Shown here in pieces: positions 9,524 to 19,113 of a stretch of 64,000 nucleotides of DNA; the stretch's first letter is position 1; every line of letters begins with the position of its first letter. Position numbers and translations under genes: made by a program. Source of the stretch: Clostridia bacterium (GTDB taxonomy: Bacteria; Bacillota; Clostridia; TANB77; CAG-508); NCBI GenBank assembly GCA_022795075.1, contig JAAWGB010000003.1, forward strand, positions 557 to 64,556, in the 5' to 3' direction. The notes beneath the pieces were generated by a model. That model made no database searches and was not told the origin of the DNA. It saw nothing but the letters and a program-made list of their open reading frames with translations.

Positions 9524-12295
9524 ATGCCAAGTAACAACGGAAAAAACAATCATAATGATAGAGAAAAAGCAAGACCCAAAAGTGTACAAAATAATAAAAA
9601 AGGAGCACCAACGAAAAAAACAAGACCAGCAACCAATGGAACCAATACAAGAGCAGAAGGGGGAAGAAAAAGACCCACCAATAGTAGTAGCAATACAAGA
9701 AGACAAGCAGGAGGAAAAGCAGGTAATGTAGCAAGAAAACCCTCTACAGCAAAAGCTAATAATGCTAAGACCAATACAACAAAAATAGAAAATAAAAAAG
9801 AAGGAAAGCAAAAGAAAAATAAATTTTCAAAAAGACATCCCAAATTAATGTTAGCTATAAAAATAATGATTGTTCTATTTTTACTAGTGTGTGTAATAGG
9901 AGCAGGAATTGTAGCAGGAATGTTCTTTGGCTTATTTGGAGATGATTTTGAAATTACCAAAGAAGAGTTAAAAATTGGAGCTGCCAATTCTGTTATAGTA
10001 GATAGTAATGGAGCAGTAGTGGCTAATTTAAGTGGTGACGAGAAGAGAAAAATTATAACCTTAGAAGATATGGCAGAATATTTGCCAAAAGCCTATGTAG
10101 CAATTGAAGACGAAAGATATTATAAACACAGTGGTGTCGATCTAAAAAGAACAGCAGGAGCAATTGTACATACTGTATTTGGAAAAAGTTCTTATGGTGG
10201 AAGTACCATTACGCAACAGTTAGTAAAAAATATCACAAAAGATGATGAAAGCTCAGGATTAGAAGGTATTTTTAGAAAAGTAAAAGAATGGGCAAAAGCC
10301 TACCAAGTAGAAAGAATGATATCCAAAGACCAAATTCTTGAATTATATTTAAATATTCTATTTGTAGGTTCTAGTAATTTGCATGGTGTAGAACTAGGAG
10401 CAGAATATTACTTTAATAAAAGTGCAAAAGACTTAGATTTAGCTGAATGTGCTTTTATGGCTGGAATTAACAGTTCACCAAATTCGTATGACCCATTTGA
10501 TGAAACAAAAGATAACACAGAAAAAATAAAAAATAAAACAAAAACAGTATTAAACAAAATGAAAGAATTAGGCTATATAGAAAATCAAGAGGATTATGAT
10601 GCAGCAGTAGCAAAAGTAGAAGCAGGATTACCATTCCAAAAAGGAGCCATAGGAACTTCTTCTGGTTATTCTTATCACACAGACGCTGTGATTGAACAAG
10701 TTATTAGTCAAGTTATGGAAGAAAAAGAAATCTCTAGAGAATTGGCTAGGAATTATGTTTATAGTAGTGGTCTTACTATCTATTCAACCGTAGATGTTGA
10801 TATTCAAGCAAGAGTAGAAGAAGAAACTTTAAAAGATAAATATAGCAAACCAGGAAGAGAAAAAAATCCAGATGGTAGTTTAGTAAATGAGCATACAGAG
10901 GCTGCAATGGTTATTATTGACCATAAAACAGGAAATGTTTTAGGCGTTTCTGGAGGACTTGGACAAAAAACAGGAGCAACCTTAAACCGTGCAACTCAAA
11001 CAGCAAGACAACCAGGTTCTTCTATCAAACCAATAGCAGATATTGCACCAGCATTGCAAGAAAAAGTCATTACAGCAGCAACTGTATATGATGATGTATT
11101 AACTGATTTTAATGGTTACCAACCTAAAAATGATGGGCATGTTTATAGAGGTTTAATTAATATTCGAGATATTATTGCTTATTCTCAAAATGTGCCAGAA
11201 GTTAAAATTATGAAAGAATTAACACCAACTAAATCGATTGATTATATGAGAAATTTTGGCGTATCAACTTTATATAAACAAGGAGATGACCCAGAAGGCA
11301 AAAAAATCGATGAAAGTTTACCAATTGCAATTGGAGGACTTTCAGAAGGAATTAGTCCATTAGAAATGGCAGCAGCTTATGCAACAATTGCCAATAATGG
11401 AGAATACATTGAACCGACTTTTTATAGTAAAGTAGTTGATTCAAGTGGAAATACTGTATTAGAACCAAAACAAGAAAGAAGAAGAGTTATATCAGAACAA
11501 AATGCTTATATTGTACAATCTATTTTACAAGAACCAGTAAAAAAAGGAACAGCAACTTATTGTGCAATTTCAGGAATGGATGTAGCAGCCAAAACTGGTA
11601 CGACAGATAAGAGTAAAGATAGATGGCTTTGTGGTTTTACACCATATTATGCAGCAGCATGTTGGTTTGGTTATAATACACCAGAAGAAATTGTATGGAG
11701 TGGAACAAATCCAGCAGGTCAAATTTGGGATGAAGTTATGACTGCTATTCATAAAGGGTTACAAAGTGCATCTTTTACAAGACCAAGTGGATTAGTAGAA
11801 CAAACGGTATGTAGAGCAACAGGTTGTGTAGCAACAACAGGTTGCATGGATACTTACAAAGAGATATTTACATCTGATAATTTACCCGAAAAATGTGAAG
11901 GTCATGGTTCACAAACAATTTGTTCAGAATCAGGAATGTTAGCAACTGAATTTTGTTCACAATATGTTGAAGTAACGAATAGTAGTTTTGGTGGAAATGT
12001 GCCAAAAGAAAGATTACAACTATGGAAACCAGTAAAAGGTGCAACATCTTCAGCAAAAGGTAAAGTAAATGAAATTTGTAATATTCATACGAAACCAAAA
12101 GAAGTAGAAAAACCAAAACCAAATACGAATACAACTAATACAAACAAACCAGATAATAATACCAATTCAAGCAATACATCTAATACAAGCAATAATACAA
12201 CTAATACCACTAATAATACGACCAATGAAACCAATACAGGTGGTGGTGATTCATCGAAAAATAATACGACAGGTGAAACTAATATCACACCATAA
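9524..12295 (+). CDS. class A penicillin-binding protein (glycosyltransferase + transpeptidase), PBP1A-like
   Basis: GT51 motifs EDERYYKHSGVD and GGSTITQQLVKN. Transpeptidase motifs SSIKP and KTGTT. Basic disordered N-terminus, one TM helix, N/T-rich C-terminal tail. Confidence 0.9.
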   Translation: MPSNNGKNNHNDREKARPKSVQNNKKGAPTKKTRPATNGTNTRAEGGRKRPTNSSSNTRRQAGGKAGNVARKPSTAKANNAKTNTTKIENKKEGKQKKNKFSKRHPKLMLAIKIMIVLFLLVCVIGAGIVAGMFFGLFGDDFEITKEELKIGAANSVIVDSNGAVVANLSGDEKRKIITLEDMAEYLPKAYVAIEDERYYKHSGVDLKRTAGAIVHTVFGKSSYGGSTITQQLVKNITKDDESSGLEGIFRKVKEWAKAYQVERMISKDQILELYLNILFVGSSNLHGVELGAEYYFNKSAKDLDLAECAFMAGINSSPNSYDPFDETKDNTEKIKNKTKTVLNKMKELGYIENQEDYDAAVAKVEAGLPFQKGAIGTSSGYSYHTDAVIEQVISQVMEEKEISRELARNYVYSSGLTIYSTVDVDIQARVEEETLKDKYSKPGREKNPDGSLVNEHTEAAMVIIDHKTGNVLGVSGGLGQKTGATLNRATQTARQPGSSIKPIADIAPALQEKVITAATVYDDVLTDFNGYQPKNDGHVYRGLINIRDIIAYSQNVPEVKIMKELTPTKSIDYMRNFGVSTLYKQGDDPEGKKIDESLPIAIGGLSEGISPLEMAAAYATIANNGEYIEPTFYSKVVDSSGNTVLEPKQERRRVISEQNAYIVQSILQEPVKKGTATYCAISGMDVAAKTGTTDKSKDRWLCGFTPYYAAACWFGYNTPEEIVWSGTNPAGQIWDEVMTAIHKGLQSASFTRPSGLVEQTVCRATGCVATTGCMDTYKEIFTSDNLPEKCEGHGSQTICSESGMLATEFCSQYVEVTNSSFGGNVPKERLQLWKPVKGATSSAKGKVNEICNIHTKPKEVEKPKPNTNTTNTNKPDNNTNSSNTSNTSNNTTNTTNNTTNETNTGGGDSSKNNTTGETNITP

Positions 12296-12370
12296 TATTT
12301 TATAAATTTTCATATTTATATGGTAGGGGGATTTCTCTTATAAAGAAAGAATTACTACTAATGAAAAAGA

Positions 12371-12400
12371 GATGTGAATCATTTTCACATCTTCTATTTT
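12371..12400 (+). terminator. rho-independent terminator after the PBP gene
   Basis: GATGTGAA...TTCACATC hairpin followed by a T-rich tract. Confidence 0.5.
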
Positions 12401-12430
12401 AAATAAAGTTGATAGAAAGAAGGGAAAATT

Positions 12431-13819
12431 TTGGATATTTATTTTTATAATACATTAACAAAGAAAAAAGAGGTTTTCAAGCCAATTGATGAAAAACAAG
12501 TGAAAATATATTCATGTGGACCAACTGTCTATAAAGATGCTACAATTGGAAATATGAGGACTAATATTTTTCAAGATGTGTTAAGAAGAGTTTTACGATA
12601 TAATGGCTATACTTTAAAACATGCAATGAATATAACAGATGTAGGACATTTAGTTTCAGATGGTGATGAAGGAGAAGACAAAATGCTAAAATCAGCAAGA
12701 GAAGAGAAGAAAACACCAATGGAAATTGCTAACTATTATACCAATCTTTTCTTTCAGGATTTGGAGTTATTAAATATTGAAACACCAGAAATTGTATGTA
12801 AAGCAACTGACCATATTAAAGAAATGTTAGCATATGTTCAAAAATTAGTTGAAAAAGGATATGCCTATGAAACATCAACAGCTATTTATTTTGATATAGC
12901 AAAATTAGACCAATATCCTATTTTATCCAATCTAAACTTAAGAGAGCAAAAAGCAGGAGCTAGAGTAGATGTAGATTTAGAAAAAAGAAGTCCCTATGAT
13001 TTTGCGTTATGGATTAAAGCACCTAAAAATCATTTAATGAAATGGGATAGTCCATGGGGACCAAGCTATCCAGGTTGGCATATTGAATGTTCTGCCATGG
13101 GACAAAAATATTTAGGAGAACAATTTGATATTCACACAGGAGGAATTGATTTAATACCAACTCATCATGAAAATGAAATTGCACAAAGTAAAGGAAATTG
13201 TGGAAAGATACCAGCAAACTACTGGATGCATGGAGAATATTTACTAATAAATGGTGGGAAGATGTCTAAAAGTTTAGGAAATGTTTATCTTATGAAAGAT
13301 TTAATTGAAAAAGGATATGACCCATTAGTATATCGTTTATTTAGTTATTCATGTCATTATAAGAATAAATTGAATTTTACTTGGGAAGGAATGCAAGCAA
13401 CTACCAAGTCTTTAGAAAGATTGAAAAATGGCTATCAATTACATTTATTGGGAAAAGATGAGGTGGAAGATAGGGAAATACAAGAAGTAGAAACAAGATT
13501 TCATCAAGCTATTAATGATGATTTAAATATGCCACTTGCTTTGGGGGCTGTTTGGGAGGTTATCAAACAAGAAAAAAAATCGCCTAAGTGGGCAGATTTA
13601 CTTGTTAAATTTGACACAGTTTTAGGGCTAAAAATAAAAGAACCAATTCAAAAAAAAGAAGAAGAAATTCCACAAGAGATTTTAGATTTAGTAAAACAAA
13701 GGAAACAAGCAAGAGAGAATAAGGATTGGACTAAATCAGATGAATTAAGAGATTTAATTCAAAATAAAGGATATGATATAAAAGATACAAAAGAAGGGAT
13801 AGAAATTCATAGATGTTAA
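12431..13819 (+). CDS. cysS: cysteine--tRNA ligase
   Basis: Class I signatures (HIECSAM, KMSKSLGN) and zinc-site context. TTG start. Confidence 0.9.
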   Translation: MDIYFYNTLTKKKEVFKPIDEKQVKIYSCGPTVYKDATIGNMRTNIFQDVLRRVLRYNGYTLKHAMNITDVGHLVSDGDEGEDKMLKSAREEKKTPMEIANYYTNLFFQDLELLNIETPEIVCKATDHIKEMLAYVQKLVEKGYAYETSTAIYFDIAKLDQYPILSNLNLREQKAGARVDVDLEKRSPYDFALWIKAPKNHLMKWDSPWGPSYPGWHIECSAMGQKYLGEQFDIHTGGIDLIPTHHENEIAQSKGNCGKIPANYWMHGEYLLINGGKMSKSLGNVYLMKDLIEKGYDPLVYRLFSYSCHYKNKLNFTWEGMQATTKSLERLKNGYQLHLLGKDEVEDREIQEVETRFHQAINDDLNMPLALGAVWEVIKQEKKSPKWADLLVKFDTVLGLKIKEPIQKKEEEIPQEILDLVKQRKQARENKDWTKSDELRDLIQNKGYDIKDTKEGIEIHRC

Positions 13820-13881
13820 GATAGGTATAACTTTTTAGTATTTTGATTCTCAAATTTATTAATTTAATAATAAAAAAACAA

Positions 13882-13920
13882 AAAAAACCGTTTCAATTGC
13901 TTAGCAATACGGTTTTTTTG
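13882..13920 (+). terminator. rho-independent terminator after cysS
   Basis: AAAAAAACCGT...ACGGTTTTTTT hairpin with a T-run. Confidence 0.7.
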
Positions 13921-13929
13921 TTATTGTAA

Positions 13930-14193
13930 CTGTTGCAGTTACCGTTCACTGAGAATAAATTAGATGATTCAAAGACTACAATAGCAATATTTATTCGGAT
14001 TTTCGGTTACCCTACATGACGCTAAGAAATATTAAAAATACAGGTGAACTATACCCGAAAACAGGACCCTTTTGAGCTGTATTTTAAATATTTCTAAAGC
14101 TATTTTAGGTTACATTCAAATCCGAACTATATTGCTATTGTAGTCTTTTTAAAGTTTGAATGGTGCTAGTAGTGAACTGTAACCTATTGCAGG
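13930..14193. repeat. intergenic nested-palindrome repeat, family A copy 2
   Basis: The core (14000-14120) matches 6305-6426. Outer arms include a perfect 20-bp pair AAAGACTACAATAGCAATAT / ATATTGCTATTGTAGTCTTT and GTTACCGTTCACT / AGTGAACTGTAAC. Confidence 0.6.
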
Positions 14194-14213
14194 AAATAAA
14201 ATCGTATACTATA

Positions 14214-14242
14214 TTGACGTAATTCTAGTTTTTTGATAAGAT
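14214..14242 (+). promoter_or_regulatory. candidate sigma-A promoter
   Basis: TTGACG, 17-nt spacer, TAAGAT. Confidence 0.35.
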
Positions 14243-14374
14243 ACAAAAGGTAAATGAAAAGTATTTTTTGGAAAAAGTTTATAAAAATACTTTCTATGAA
14301 GCAATCAGTACAATATAGATGTATAAGATATCGAAAAAAGAAAATAATAACAAAAGATAAGGAGAGATTGTAGA

Positions 14375-15700
14375 ATGAAAATGGAGAAATTAGAATCAAA
14401 AAAGATGTATCAAAAAGGTATTACTTTAATTGCTTTAGTCATTACGATTATTGTATTATTAATTTTAGCAGGAATATCAATAGCTAGTTTAACAGGGGAA
14501 AATGGAATACTAAATAAAGCTAACACAGCAAAACAAAATACTGAGAAAGAAACAGCAAAGGAAAAAGTGCAACTAGCAGTAATGGGAAGCTATGGAACAG
14601 ATGGAAAATTAAATTATGAAGAATTAAAAGAGAATCTAGATAAAGTAGAAGGAATTGTAAATGTACCAAGTAAAATAGAAGAACTTCCAATAGATGTATA
14701 TGTAGATGGTTATAAAGTAACCATTGAAAAAAATGGAAATGTTATTATAGAAGAAGAAAAAACACAAGATATTCCAAAGCCAACCACATTAGAACAAGCA
14801 AAAGAAGAAGGAATGGTATTAGATGAAAACAATCCTACAACCATTAAAGATAAATATGACAATAAAATAGTGGTGCCAGAAGGATTTAAAATAGCTCAAG
14901 ATTCAGCAGAAGATGTAACAGGAGGGGTAGTAATAGAAGATGGCAGTAATTTAGAAACTTTAGGTAGTCAATTTGTATGGGTGCCAGTAGGAGAAATAAA
15001 AGGAGAAAATGGGGCTACGAAAACCATAAATTTAAATCGATATACTTTTGCAACAGATGGAACACCAACTGCACATGGAGAAAATATAATAGATAGTTAT
15101 TATCAAGAATTAGGAGAATCAGATAAAGGAAATACAGTTGCTAAAAATATCGAAGAATTTAAAACAAGTGTCACCCAAAATGGAGGTTATTATATAGGAA
15201 GATATGAGGCAGGAGATTCATCTGCTACAACCGATAGAACGAATTCTGCTACCAAAACGAATACACCAGTATGTAAACAAGGTCAATATGTATATAATTA
15301 TGTAACACAACCAGAAGCAGCGAATCTAAGCAGAAAAATGTATGAAAATAAGAAATTTATAAGTGATTTAATGAATAGTTATGCTTGGGATACAGCCATT
15401 ATATTTATACAAGAATTTTCAGGAGATGAAGATTATTCAAGGCAAACTAGAATACAAACAACTCTTGCAAAAACAGGAAAAGTAACAGATGGAACCAACA
15501 AGGATGTAAGATGTAATATTTATGATATGGCAGAAAATATGTATGAATTAACAACAGAAACTTCTAGCAATGTAGGAAGTCATAGTGTAACGAGGGGGAC
15601 TAGTTATTATAGTAATTATGTATATACTAGTCTGCGTGGTAGTAACAAAGTGCTTGAAGGGTATGTTTTCAATGGGTTTCGACCAATACTTTACTTTTAG
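14375..15700 (+). CDS. pilin-leader-like (prepilin-type N-terminal helix) protein with C-terminal SUMF1/FGE-sulfatase-like domain
   Basis: N-terminus KGITLIALVITIIVLLILAGISIASLTGENGILNKA is paralogous to the ORF at 62914. The C-terminus (GGYYIGRYEAG..., VTRGTSYY..., GFRPILYF) resembles the FGE-sulfatase fold. Confidence 0.6.
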   Translation: MKMEKLESKKMYQKGITLIALVITIIVLLILAGISIASLTGENGILNKANTAKQNTEKETAKEKVQLAVMGSYGTDGKLNYEELKENLDKVEGIVNVPSKIEELPIDVYVDGYKVTIEKNGNVIIEEEKTQDIPKPTTLEQAKEEGMVLDENNPTTIKDKYDNKIVVPEGFKIAQDSAEDVTGGVVIEDGSNLETLGSQFVWVPVGEIKGENGATKTINLNRYTFATDGTPTAHGENIIDSYYQELGESDKGNTVAKNIEEFKTSVTQNGGYYIGRYEAGDSSATTDRTNSATKTNTPVCKQGQYVYNYVTQPEAANLSRKMYENKKFISDLMNSYAWDTAIIFIQEFSGDEDYSRQTRIQTTLAKTGKVTDGTNKDVRCNIYDMAENMYELTTETSSNVGSHSVTRGTSYYSNYVYTSLRGSNKVLEGYVFNGFRPILYF

Positions 15701-15798
15701 TATGTCGTTTGTATAATCTTTTTTGGTGAATATATTTTTATTGACTTTTAAAGGTAAGAGGGCTATAATGGAACAAACAAAGGAAAGGTGGAATAAAA

Positions 15799-16812
15799 AT
15801 GGCAATATTATTACCAGGAGGAGCTGGGTACATTGGTAGTCATACCGCAATCGAACTATTAGAAGAAGGAAAAGAAATTATAATTGTAGACGATTTTTCA
15901 AATAGTACACCACAAGTATTAGAAACCATTCGAAAAATAACAGGAAAAGACTTTAAATTTTATGAAATAGATTATAAAGATAGAGCAAAATTAGAAAAAG
16001 TATTTGAAGAAAATGAAATAGAAGCAGTTATCAACTTTGCAGGATTTAAAGCAGTAGGAGAGTCAGTTGAAAAACCAATTGAATACTATACCAATAATAT
16101 TTCAGGAGCATTGGTGTTATTAGATACAATGAGAAAATTTGGATGCAAAAAATTTATTTTTAGCTCATCGGCAACCGTATATGGAGAACCAGAAAAAATT
16201 CCTTTAACAGAAGAATGTAGAACTGGTGGAACCACTAATCCATATGGTACCACTAAATTATTTATTGAACAAATTTTAAAAGATATTTATCAATCAGACA
16301 AAGAATGGGATATTTGTATTTTAAGATATTTTAATCCAGTTGGAGCTCATAAAAGTGGCTTAATAGGAGAAGAACCACAAGGAATTCCTAATAATCTTAT
16401 GCCATACATTGTTCGTGTAGCAAGTGGTCAATTGCAAGAATTATCAGTGTTTGGGAATGATTATGATACACTTGATGGAACAGGAGTAAGAGATTATATT
16501 CATGTTGTAGATTTAGCCAAAGGACATTTAAAAGCTCTAAATAAAATAGAAAAAGAAGGAAAAGGATTATATATCTATAACTTAGGAACAGGAACAGGCT
16601 ACAGTGTATTAGATATGGTAAAAGCTTTTGAAAAAACAACAGGAAAAAAAGTAGTTTATAAAATAGCACCAAGAAGAACAGGAGATATTGCAACATGTTA
16701 TGCAGACCCTAAAAAAGCAAAAGAAGAATTAGATTGGAAGGCTGAAAAGACATTAGAAGATATGTGTCAAGACTCTTGGAATTATATAGAAAAACAGGCA
16801 AATAGGAAGTAG
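15799..16812 (+). CDS. galE: UDP-glucose 4-epimerase
   Basis: GGAGYIGSH Rossmann motif, YGTTK catalytic motif, typical length. Confidence 0.9.
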   Translation: MAILLPGGAGYIGSHTAIELLEEGKEIIIVDDFSNSTPQVLETIRKITGKDFKFYEIDYKDRAKLEKVFEENEIEAVINFAGFKAVGESVEKPIEYYTNNISGALVLLDTMRKFGCKKFIFSSSATVYGEPEKIPLTEECRTGGTTNPYGTTKLFIEQILKDIYQSDKEWDICILRYFNPVGAHKSGLIGEEPQGIPNNLMPYIVRVASGQLQELSVFGNDYDTLDGTGVRDYIHVVDLAKGHLKALNKIEKEGKGLYIYNLGTGTGYSVLDMVKAFEKTTGKKVVYKIAPRRTGDIATCYADPKKAKEELDWKAEKTLEDMCQDSWNYIEKQANRK

Positions 16813-16853
16813 AATACTAAGATATCATAGAAATTAAGCTTATAACTAGGAAG

Positions 16854-16926
16854 AATAATATAAAATCAGAAAAATTAAGACGAAAAGTAATTCGTAATTT
16901 TTCTAATTTTATATTATTTTTTTTTG
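16854..16926 (+). terminator. long-stem terminator after galE
   Basis: 24-bp stem AATAATATAAAATCAGAAAAATTA / TAATTTTTCTAATTTTATATTATT with one mismatch, then a T-run. Confidence 0.7.
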
Positions 16927-17036
16927 TAAACTTAACTTTAAAGTAATTATTTAATAAAAAAGTAACAACCTATATAACACTGTGATAACAATTATTACAA
17001 TTGCTTTACAATTGAATTACCATACTGTGAAATTCA

Positions 17037-17065
17037 TTGACTTTTAAAAAACCCAAGAATATAAT
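17037..17065 (+). promoter_or_regulatory. sigma-A promoter of argS
   Basis: TTGACT (17037-17042), 17-nt spacer, TATAAT (17060-17065). Confidence 0.6.
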
Positions 17066-17104
17066 AAAAATAGCTAAATGAAAGGTCGAAAAGGAGAGAG
17101 AAAA

Positions 17105-18811
17105 GTGAAATTTAAACAAGAAATAGCAAATTTAATGGCAAAAAATATGCCAATTGATACCAAAGAATTAGAAAGTTATATAGAAATTCCAAAAGATAGC
17201 AAAAATGGAGATTTTGCTTTCCCATGTTTTCGTCTTGCCAAAGAATTAAAAAAGGCACCACAACAAATTGCCAATGAAATAAAAGATAAGATGGAAATAG
17301 ACAATAAAGTAATTGAAAAAGTAGAAGTATTAGGAGGTTACCTGAACTTTTATATCAATAAACAATTATTAACCAAAAAAGTATTAACCCAAATAGAAAA
17401 TAATGAACAATATGGAAAATCTAAAATAGGAGAAGGAAAAAATATTGTTATAGATTATTCTTCCCCTAATATAGCAAAACCTTTTCATATAGGGCATTTA
17501 CGTTCTACTGTAATAGGAGGAGCCTTATATAATATATACAAATATCTAGGTTATCACACAACAGGAATCAATCATTTAGGAGATTATGGTACACAATTTG
17601 GAAAATTGATTGAAGGGTATAAACTTTGGGGAAAAGAATATCACATTGAAAAAGACCCAATCAATGAATTAACCAAAATGTATATTCGAATTAATCAAGC
17701 CTGTAAAGAAGATGAAAAAGTCTTAGAACAATGTAGAGAAAACTTTAAAAAGTTAGAACAAAAAGATGAAGATTGTACAAAAATTTGGGAGAAATTTAAA
17801 ACCTTAAGTTTAAAAGAATTCCAAAAGGTATATGACTTATTAGGAAGTCATTTTGATTCTTGGAATGGAGAAGCTTTTTATTCTGACAAGATGCAAGAAG
17901 TTATAGAAATATTAGAAAAAACAGGAAAGATAATAGAATCACAAGGAGCCAAAATAATTGATTTAGAAGAACAAGGAATTGATACACCATGTATTATTGA
18001 AAAATCAAATGGTTCTACAACTTATGCAACAAGAGATTTAGCAGCTATTTTATATCGCTCAAGAACCTATGATTATGATAAAGCATTATACTTAACTTCT
18101 TATGAACAAGTCTTGCATTTTAAACAAATATTTGAAGTAGCCAAATTGTTAGGAATGGATGAAAAATATATAAAAGGTTTAAATCATGTACCCTTTGGTA
18201 TGGTATTATTACCAACTGGCAAGATGTCTACTAGAGAGGGAAATATCATTAAATTAGAAGACCTATTAACAGAAGCGATTCAAAGAGCTAAAAAAATTAT
18301 AGAGGGAAAAAATCCAAGCTTAGAAAGTAAAGAAGGGGTGGCCAAAAAAGTAGGAATTGGAGCTGTCATTTTTAATGATTTAGCCAATAGTAGAATTAAG
18401 GATGAAGTTTTTGATTGGAATCAAATTTTAAATTTCCAAGGAGAAACAGGACCATATATTCAATATACTTATGTACGAACCAAAAGTGTATTAGAAAAAG
18501 CAGGATATTTGCCAAAAATAGAACAGATAAAAGAAGAAAATTTATTAGATGAATATTCACAAAATATTTTAAAGAGAATCGATTCTTTTGAAGATGTTTT
18601 GATACAAGTAACACAAAAAGATGAACCATCTATTTTGGCAAGATATTTAATTGATTTAGCAAAAGCTTTTAGTAGTTTTTATAATGAAAATAAGATTATA
18701 ACAGAGGAAAAAGAATTGCAAGATGCTAGAGTCTATTTGACGGCTAGTGTGGGAAAAGTCTTAAAAATAGGAGCTAACTTACTGGGAATGGAAATGCCAG
18801 ATAAAATGTAG
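17105..18811 (+). CDS. argS: arginine--tRNA ligase
   Basis: HIGHLRST and MSTREG class I motifs. The ORF opens at 17078, but GTG 17105 follows the AAAGGAGAGAG RBS. Confidence 0.9.
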   Translation: MKFKQEIANLMAKNMPIDTKELESYIEIPKDSKNGDFAFPCFRLAKELKKAPQQIANEIKDKMEIDNKVIEKVEVLGGYLNFYINKQLLTKKVLTQIENNEQYGKSKIGEGKNIVIDYSSPNIAKPFHIGHLRSTVIGGALYNIYKYLGYHTTGINHLGDYGTQFGKLIEGYKLWGKEYHIEKDPINELTKMYIRINQACKEDEKVLEQCRENFKKLEQKDEDCTKIWEKFKTLSLKEFQKVYDLLGSHFDSWNGEAFYSDKMQEVIEILEKTGKIIESQGAKIIDLEEQGIDTPCIIEKSNGSTTYATRDLAAILYRSRTYDYDKALYLTSYEQVLHFKQIFEVAKLLGMDEKYIKGLNHVPFGMVLLPTGKMSTREGNIIKLEDLLTEAIQRAKKIIEGKNPSLESKEGVAKKVGIGAVIFNDLANSRIKDEVFDWNQILNFQGETGPYIQYTYVRTKSVLEKAGYLPKIEQIKEENLLDEYSQNILKRIDSFEDVLIQVTQKDEPSILARYLIDLAKAFSSFYNENKIITEEKELQDARVYLTASVGKVLKIGANLLGMEMPDKM

Positions 18812-18841
18812 TAGATAGATTTTTTTACGAAACAACTAACA

Positions 18842-19037
18842 CTGTCAACCTATATTATTATTCTAAAAAGGAAGACAGGTTCGGTCAAGATAATTTTCGA
18901 AGAAATTCTAAATTCATTTTATGGAACCCTTCCACGCAAAAGGCGTGAAGTCTTTGCCTAAAATAAATTAAGAATTTCTACCTCAATTCCTTTCCATTCA
19001 CTGTCTTCCTTTTTAGAATAATAGTATAGGTTGACAG
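18842..19037. repeat. intergenic nested-palindrome repeat, family B copy 2 (with internal insertion)
   Basis: 37-bp inverted arms matching 36/37 (CTGTCAACCTATATTATTATTCTAAAAAGGAAGACAG). Same core as 9301-9342, but split by an ~80-nt insert. Confidence 0.6.
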
Positions 19038-19113
19038 GTTGAAGGAAATATGAAGATAAGAGTAAGAATGGTCTACAATTTATTAAATTTTAATGAAAAA
19101 TAATGAGGTGTAA

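Noticed and set aside
9491-9987. Antisense ORFs (106, 78 and 145 aa) at the 5' end of the PBP gene
   Set aside because: They are opposite the basic low-complexity N-terminus of a clearly real PBP and are composition-driven.
12296-12430. Possible T-box leaders upstream of cysS (and of argS, 16813-17104)
   Set aside because: The spacers are short. They contain only a terminator of the upstream gene and/or a promoter. No specifier-loop/T-box (AGGGTGGNACCGCG-like) sequence was seen.
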